Shown here piece after piece: positions 56,589-64,000 of a DNA stretch of 64,000 nucleotides; the stretch's first letter is position 1, and each line of letters begins with the position of its first letter. A model generated the notes under the pieces. It was not told the DNA's origin, did no database searches, and was given only the letters and a program-made list of their open reading frames with translations. The translations under genes were made by a program, and so were the position numbers. The DNA comes from Ascoidea asiatica JCM 7603 (Eukaryota > Fungi > Ascomycota). Location of the stretch: NCBI GenBank assembly GCA_001600695.1, contig BCKQ01000005.1:1119939-1183938 (forward strand), read 5' to 3'.

Positions 56589-59388
56589 TCACCTTCTTGG
56601 AGGTGTAGCTCCTACTAACTTACCCAATCCAGAAACAAACAAATTTGTTAATTTATCTTCAACTGTATTTCCATTATTATTATTATTAATACTGGAATTA
56701 CCAATATTTCCATCATTCATATAATTATCATTTGAATTTCCATAATTATAATTACTATAATTACCATAACTATTATTATATCCTTCATTTGAATATCTTT
56801 GTGGTGATAAAGTATTAGAATTATTACTTATATTATTACCATTTCCAGTTGAATTAAAAACTTCATTAGCTGATGATTGAATAGCTCTAACTAAAACATT
56901 ATCAATTCTTCTATTACTTCTTGATGGTGAAAAACTTCTTGCAACATATCCAATTGGTGATTTATTTAAATCTTTTACTTTATTGGTATTACCACTATCA
57001 TCTTCATTAATACTAACATTATTAACATTAATACTAACTACTTTTTCATTTGTATCAAAATTCTTTAATAAATTAATTGATGAAAATGATCCATTTCTAT
57101 TATTATTAAAATTATTATTATTAAAATTATTATTATTACCTATATTAACTTTATCATTTTTAAATTTATTTAATAATATTAAATTAATTAAATTTAAATT
57201 TTTTTTTAAATAATTAAAATAATTTAAAATAATTTTATAATTATTTATTGAAATAATTTTTAAAATTTTTGATAATAATTCGATTTTTAAATTAATTATA
57301 TTTAAAAATTCTTCAATTTCTTTATTTTTAAATTTATTTAAAATTTCATTATCATTCATTAAATTTAAATCATTTAAAAATTCAATAGATTTAGAATTCT
57401 CAAATTTACAAACTTGAAATAAACTTGTCCAAATTAATCTTAAATCTTTATAATTTTCTTTATTGAATTTATCAATAATTTCATTTGATAAATTTATTGA
57501 AAATTCAAAATTTAAATTAACTAATGATGATTCTATACTCATTGCTTTAATTTTATTAATTAATGATAATTTATTAATAATCTTATCTTCTTCTTCTTCT
57601 TTTTCTTCTTCATTAGCTTTATTAACTTTATTAAAACTAAAATATTGATAAAAATTATCTTCATCTAAATCTTCTGAATCTAGATTAGCTTTATAATATT
57701 CTTCATTTTCATCTTCATTTTCATTATCATTATCATTATCATTATCTGATTCAATTTCAATTTCAATTTCAACTTCAATATCATTATAATTATAATTATA
57801 ATTATAATTTTCTTTATTATTATCAAAATTCATATCAATTGTTTCTATATTCAAAAATTTACTTTTCTTAATTATTGAATTTTTAATTAATTCTTCTTTA
57901 TCTAATCCAATACATAAATATGAACAAATTAAATAAAGTTCATTATATTTAAAATATGATTGAGAATTTAATTCTAAAATTTTTTCAATTATAATTATTG
58001 GATTTTCAATTGAAAATAAATCAATTGGTTTAAAATATTCATTATTATTAATATTATTATTAATACCGGTTATTAATTTAAATTTAAAATTTGTATTAAA
58101 ATTTGATAATTTATTTGTACCAATTAATAAACATTTATATTTATAAATTAAATAATTTATATCATCTTTATTATTAATAAAATTATTTGATTCATTAATT
58201 ACATTTTCATTTAAATTAAATTTAAAATCTAATAATTTTAAAGAATTTAAACATATTAATAAATTTGAATCTAAATTAACATTAAATGAATTTGATAATT
58301 TAAAATTATAAATAAATTTATTTAAAATCAATTTTTTGAAATCATTATTATTATTACTATTATTATCTAGGTTATTATTAAATTTAATTAAATTGAGAAA
58401 TTTAAATTGAATTAATTGAAATAAGTTTAAATTTAATAATTTATTAAATAATATTAAATTAAATAAATTTTTTAAAACATTTAATGAAGGTATATTAATT
58501 TTATCATTATTATTATTTAAAATATCTAAATTAAAATTATTATAATTAAAAGAATTATCTAAATTTGAATTAATTTTTATTAAATCATTATTAAATAAAA
58601 TACTATTATTAATTAACCAATAAATATTATCTAAGAAAATATTCCAATTATTTTCAATTTCTCTAATATTATTATTATCTTTATTATTATTAATTTGAAT
58701 AATTGTTAATTGAATTAATAAATTAAATAAATTATTTAAATTTGAAAATGAAAAAATTAATAAATTTTTAATATTTATATTAAAATAATTTAAATTAAAA
58801 AATTTAAATAAAGTATTAATATTTAATCTTAAAAAAGATAAATTAATTTTATTATTTGAACAATAATTTTTTTTAAAAAATTCAATATCTTTAGAATTAT
58901 TTAAATTTAATTTTGAAATTGATTTAATTGAAATAGGATTATTATTAATATTATTTTCTAATAAATTAGATGAATTAAAATTTTGAATATTTGATAAGAT
59001 TAAATTTAAATTATTTAAAAGATTAATTTTATTTAAATTATAAATTGAATTTAAATTAATTTTAAAAATAATTTGATTAATAATATTATTTTTAATTTGA
59101 ATTGAGATATTATTATTATTATTATTATTATTATTTAAAATTAAATTTAATAAATTTACAGTTAAATTAAAGTCATTATCATCTTGATGATTATTATTAT
59201 TATCATCATTTAAGAAGAAATTTATAAGAAGATTATAATTATTAATAAAATTTAAATATGGAAATATTGTAAATTTAAAAATATTTTTAAAATTATTAAT
59301 ATTTATAAAATTTTTAAATAAATTAAATTGATTTAAATTATTTAAATTTATAAAATTATTAAAATTTAAAACAAAATTTATATTTTGA

Positions 59389-59420
<32 letters not shown>

Positions 59421-60221
59421 TTTTAAATAATAATTTTTAATTAAATAATTATAAGGTAAAATTAAACCATTTAAGAAATTTTGATTAATTAAATTATTTT
59501 GAATATTTAAATAAAATGAGATAAATTTTAAAAAATTTTTAAAAGAGATGAAATTTGAAATTTTTAAAATTCTTAATTTATAAAAATTATGAATTATTAA
59601 AAGATTATCAATTGAATTAATAAAATTATAATTTTTTTTAAATTTATATAAATTTATGAAATTATTTATTGATTTAAATCTATTTAATAAAATTTTATTT
59701 GTAATTGGTAATGGTAATGATAATGATAATAATAAATTTGATATATAATTATTTAATTCATTTAATTGATTATTATTTAATTGATTTAATTGATCTTCAT
59801 TATTTGTTAATTGATTAATTTGAGTATTATTAATGATTAATGATTCATTAAAATTAATAATAAAATATTTTATAAATAATAAATCAGATGGATTTATTGA
59901 AGATGGTATTAAAATTAATAATAAAGATAAAATATTATTTAAATTTAAAATATTTAAATCAATTATATTTAGTATATTTTTATTTTTATTTGTTTTTTTA
60001 AATAATTTTAATAATAAATTTTCTAAAATTGATAAATTTGAAGTTGATGATAAATATGAAATTAAGATATAAATTTTTAAACTTATTAAAGTTTTTAAAG
60101 GTAAATTATCTTCAATATTTTGATTATTTTGATTATTTTGATTGAATTCTTGATTGAATTCTTGATTGATTGATGGTGGTTGAATTGAATTTGAATTGGG
60201 AAGTGGTATTACTGAATTCAT
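56589..60221 (-). CDS. SEC39: Dsl1 tethering complex subunit Sec39, extremely Asn/Leu/Ile-biased
   Basis: NPIIIIEKILELNSQSY, IKAMSIESSL..NFEFS, WTSLFQVCKF and C-terminal LTNLFVSGLG..VGA are typical of fungal Sec39. Confidence 0.72.
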
Positions 60222-60530
60222 ATTATTATTCGATTATATTTATATTTATATTTATATTTGAAGAAGTATATTAGACATGTAATAAGAGATATATGAACAA
60301 GATCTTCGAAGAATGAAGTAATGATTGAATATGATGATTGATTGAAGTAGTTCTTTATAGATGATTATATTATATTATGTTATATTATAATATATTTTAT
60401 TTGATTCAAGCAATTCAAATCAGATTACTGATAGAAATAAAGCTTCTTTTGATCTTGTTCAGATTTTCATACGTTTTATTTTATTTCAGCCCTGGCGCTA
60501 AAAACACATCATTCAACAGAACAAGAAAGG

Positions 60531-60538
60531 CACGTGAC
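60531..60538 (-). promoter_or_regulatory. Cbf1-type site GTCACGTG in the SEC39/NTE1 divergent promoter
   Basis: CACGTGAC on the plus strand. Confidence 0.5.
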
Positions 60539-60905
60539 AAGAAAGGGGGTCTACAGAAAAAGAAGGTCTGGCATTGATCACGTCGCCAGATCTGCGGTGC
60601 TTCTGGAAACGCGGCAATCGGCAATAAGCCGGCTATTGGATCACCAGCACCGCCACACATTACTTACTTTATTGCTGCTTAGCCTCGCAGTGGCGAACCG
60701 GTGAAGTTTTGGATCTGCTGGAAAAGGAGTCGAAGTGGCACTGGCAGAGGAAGAATATAAAGAACCTTTGAATAAAGAACAACAAAAGAAGCTTTAAATA
60801 ACAAATATACTACTACTCTATCAATAGTTCTATCAATAGTTCTATCAATAACTACTATCCTGAGATCAATAATCAATAGGTCAAGCATTCTTATTATAGA
60901 CAATT

Positions 60906-60966
60906 CATCAATTACTCAATCCATCAATTACTCAATCCATCAATTACTCAATCCATCAATTACTCA
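60906..60966 (+). repeat. 16-bp tandem repeat CATCAATTACTCAATC x3.8
   Basis: Read directly; lies upstream of NTE1. Confidence 0.9.
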
Positions 60967-61454
60967 GTTACTCACTTTCTTAAGACTCCTTACATTTCAA
61001 GTTATCCATTAGATCAATAACTGCAATTAAATCTAATTTAAAAATTACCTCAATACAATCTTAACTGAATTTATATAATCATAACTCCTTTTTTTGTATA
61101 TTCTAGATAAATCACTTTGTTAAATCACTTTGTTAAATCACCCTGTTCAATTTCCAAAATTAGTTAAAATAAAAAACAAAAAAAAAAGACTTTTCTTAAA
61201 TGCATATTTATTATTTTAAAAGGCATTAAAATAAATTTTATTCATTTTAAAAAATCTGTCAAATCTAAAATCATATTAATTTCATTTCATTTCTTTCATT
61301 TCATTTAATGTCTTTTTATTAAATATATTCATTATCATAGATAAACATAAATATAAATATAAATATAAATATAAATATAAATATAAATATAAATATTTTA
61401 GAATCTTATACACTTTTTTTTTTTTTTTTCTTTATCAATCTCATTATATCAATT

Positions 61455-61541
61455 ATGACTAATATTTTCACAACTTCAACTTCATCTTCAACTTCAATAT
61501 TAAATGAAGAAACTTATTTACCTTCAAATATTGATATAAAT

Positions 61542-61583
<42 letters not shown>

Positions 61584-61911
61584 CAAAAAAATTCAAAAAT
61601 TCAAATATCTATATTTTATATAATTTTTTGGTTATTTAAATGGTTCTTTAGTATTTTATTATATTATGTACCTTCATTTATAATATCTTTATTATCAACA
61701 AATATTTCAATAACTTTACCATTCACTTCATTATTATTCATATTAATAATATTTACTGCTTTAATTTATTCATTTGTAAGATATAAATATTTAACAAAAT
61801 ATTCAAATTTACCTTTAGATAATCAAATAATCTTACCAAATTCTCATAATTCAAATTCAAAAAATATTTTCGCAGTTGATGTTATTGATGATGATGATGA
61901 TGATTATGATG

Positions 61912-61945
<34 letters not shown>

Positions 61946-62471
61946 TCATAATAATGGTTTAAATAAATCTCAATTTTCTAATTTTTTAAATGAATTTCTT
62001 TATGCTATTAAATTATTTGGTTATTTAGAAAAACCTGTATTTCATGAATTAACAAAATCTATTAAAACTCAAAAATTAGATAAAAATGAAATTTTATTCT
62101 TAGATACTTCTATTGGTTTCACAATCATTGTTGAAGGTAAAATTAATGTTTATACTAAAATTCAAAATTTTAATAATAATAACAACTTCAATGATAATGA
62201 TAGTGAGAATAAGAATAAGAATAAGAATAAGAATAACAATTCAAATGATAACTTCAATGACAACTTTAATGACAATTTCAATGACAATTTAAATGACAAT
62301 TTAAATGACAATTTAAATTCTACATTAAATAATAATTATAATAATGATGATTCTTTTATTTTAGATAATCAAAAATATCATTTATTAAATGAAGTTAAAA
62401 CTGGTGCTCCATTATCTTCTTTAATAAGTGTATTATCTTTATTCACTGATGATAATAATACCACAAATACC

Positions 62472-62506
<35 letters not shown>

Positions 62507-64000
62507 TACTGATGATTTATCAAATTTAACTAATCCATTCAAACCTGCAAATGATAATGATAATAATAATAATAATAACAATAATAATAATAATAATAAC
62601 AATAACAATAATAATAAACTGAATTTACCAAATATTTTAGCAAAAGCAACAACTGAAGTTACAATTGCCATAATTCCAGTTGAAGCTTTTAAAAAATTAG
62701 TTTTAAGATATCCAAGATCTGCTTCTCATATTGTTCAAATGATTCTTACAAGATTATATAGAGTTACTTTTCAAGCTGCTCATAATTATCTTGGAATGAC
62801 TTCTCAAATTTTATATACTGAAATAAAATTAAATGATGAAGCAAATTATGAATTACCTTCTTATTATTTAAAAAGAATTAAAGATCAATTATCTATGAGA
62901 AATTCATTAAATTTAAAACCAATTGAAAAAAATGAAAAAATTTCAATAAGTTCAATATATAATGATAATAAAAATAAAAATAAAAATAAAAATAAAAGTA
63001 ATGATTATTTTTCAACTTTTAGTTCTTTTGTAAATTCAGATACTTCTTCAAGTATAAATGATTCAAATGAAAAATTATCAAATTCAAGATTTTCTTTTGA
63101 TTTTGATTCTCCATATAATTCATTAAATCATTCATCATCTTTTAATTCAATTAAAAAATCAAAAAATAATAAAAATAATAATTTGAAAATTAATACTCCA
63201 AATTTAAATTTAAATTTAAATTCAAAATCTAAATTTAAACCTAAATTAAATAAAAATTCTTCAAATGATACAGATTTATTCACAACTGATGATCATTTTA
63301 TAATATCTCCAGCAACTTCAAAAAATTTTAAATTCAATCATAGAAGAAATATTAAAATTCAACCAACTAATTTAGGTTTCTCAAGACATGTTGTTCTTGA
63401 TTCAAAAGATAAATATAATCCTGGTGATTTATTATCAAATGTTCCTCTTTCAAGAAAAGAATTAACAAATTTAAATATTTCTACACCAACTAAAGAAGAT
63501 ATAAGATCTAGAACATTCAGTGCAGAAGAAGAAACTGAAGATAGTTCATTAAGAATTGCTTTAATTGAAAATATGTTCAAATTATTAGGTATAAATAGAC
63601 AAAATATTCAACCTCCATTAAGATCAAATTCTTCTTCAACTTCCTTAAGTGGTGATAACTCACCTCCAATGAATACAATGACAACTAGACCTGCTTCTCC
63701 TAAAACTAGAAGAGGTAGTACATCTCAAAATTTTGCAAATTTATTTACAATAAAAGATAATCTTTCAAGTGTATTTGATGATAATGAAACTTTAGAAAAT
63801 TCAAAATCTTTTGATTATGATAATGCTAAAAAAGAATTTGCAGAAGATATTGAAATAATTTTTTATAAACAAGGAAGTACTTTAATTAAACAAAATTCTC
63901 CAAATAATGGATTATATTTTGTTATTGGTGGTTATTTAGATGTAAGTTATGTTGATCATAGAAATAATGATATTGAACAATTTTTATATACAATTCATCC
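61455..64000 (+). CDS. NTE1: Lysophospholipase Nte1 (NTE/PNPLA6 family), 3'-partial and absent from the ORF track
   Basis: ATG at 61455; N-terminal TM segments, VRYKYLTKYS, FLNEFLYAIKLFGYLEKPVFHELTK, YPRSASHIVQMILTRLYRVTFQ and NPGDLLSNVPLSR. The frame runs off the window. Confidence 0.92.

Noticed and set aside
55860-57040. Plus-strand splice-like signals (CAG/GTAAGG, GTAAGT, TACTAAC)
   Set aside because: The TACTAAC copies are antisense to SEC39 codons and no coherent exon structure results.
60906-60966. CRISPR-like or telomeric interpretation of the short repeat arrays
   Set aside because: The units are head-to-tail with no spacers, the context is eukaryotic, and each array has a different unit with few copies.
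61347-61395. ARS-consensus matches in (TAAATA)n and in the 10-bp array at 52535
   Set aside because: These are trivial matches within AT microsatellites, and the S. cerevisiae ACS may not apply to this lineage.

Overview
Eukaryotic, very AT-rich, gene-dense and apparently intron-free DNA from a budding yeast (Saccharomycotina). A complex I assembly factor and a membrane-anchored SREBP suggest a species outside Saccharomycetaceae; an Ascoidea- or Candida boidinii-like genome is only a guess. Twenty protein genes are supported: PRS1 (5'-partial), CPH2-like SREBP, GAPDH, UTP8, PIF1, a divergent MFT1-like gene, MAK21, LCB2, NDC1, RAD4, VIP1, UTP21, VAM6/VPS39, GAG1-like, BLS1, NDUFAF6-like, RXT3, RAS, SEC39 and NTE1 (3'-partial, missing from the ORF track). 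I found no tRNA, rRNA, transposon or CRISPR signal. The most unusual aspect is architecture. Short GC-rich promoter islands carry locally amplified 10-16 bp tandem motifs, one of them G-quadruplex-like, and several are followed by long ATG-depleted leaders. Coding DNA near these islands has almost no synonymous G/C and many Asn microsatellites, while coding DNA farther away looks ordinary. There is also an unexplained 1.5-kb gap between convergent LCB2 and NDC1. Gene names come from motifs recalled from memory and compositions were judged by eye; no searches or computations were run.
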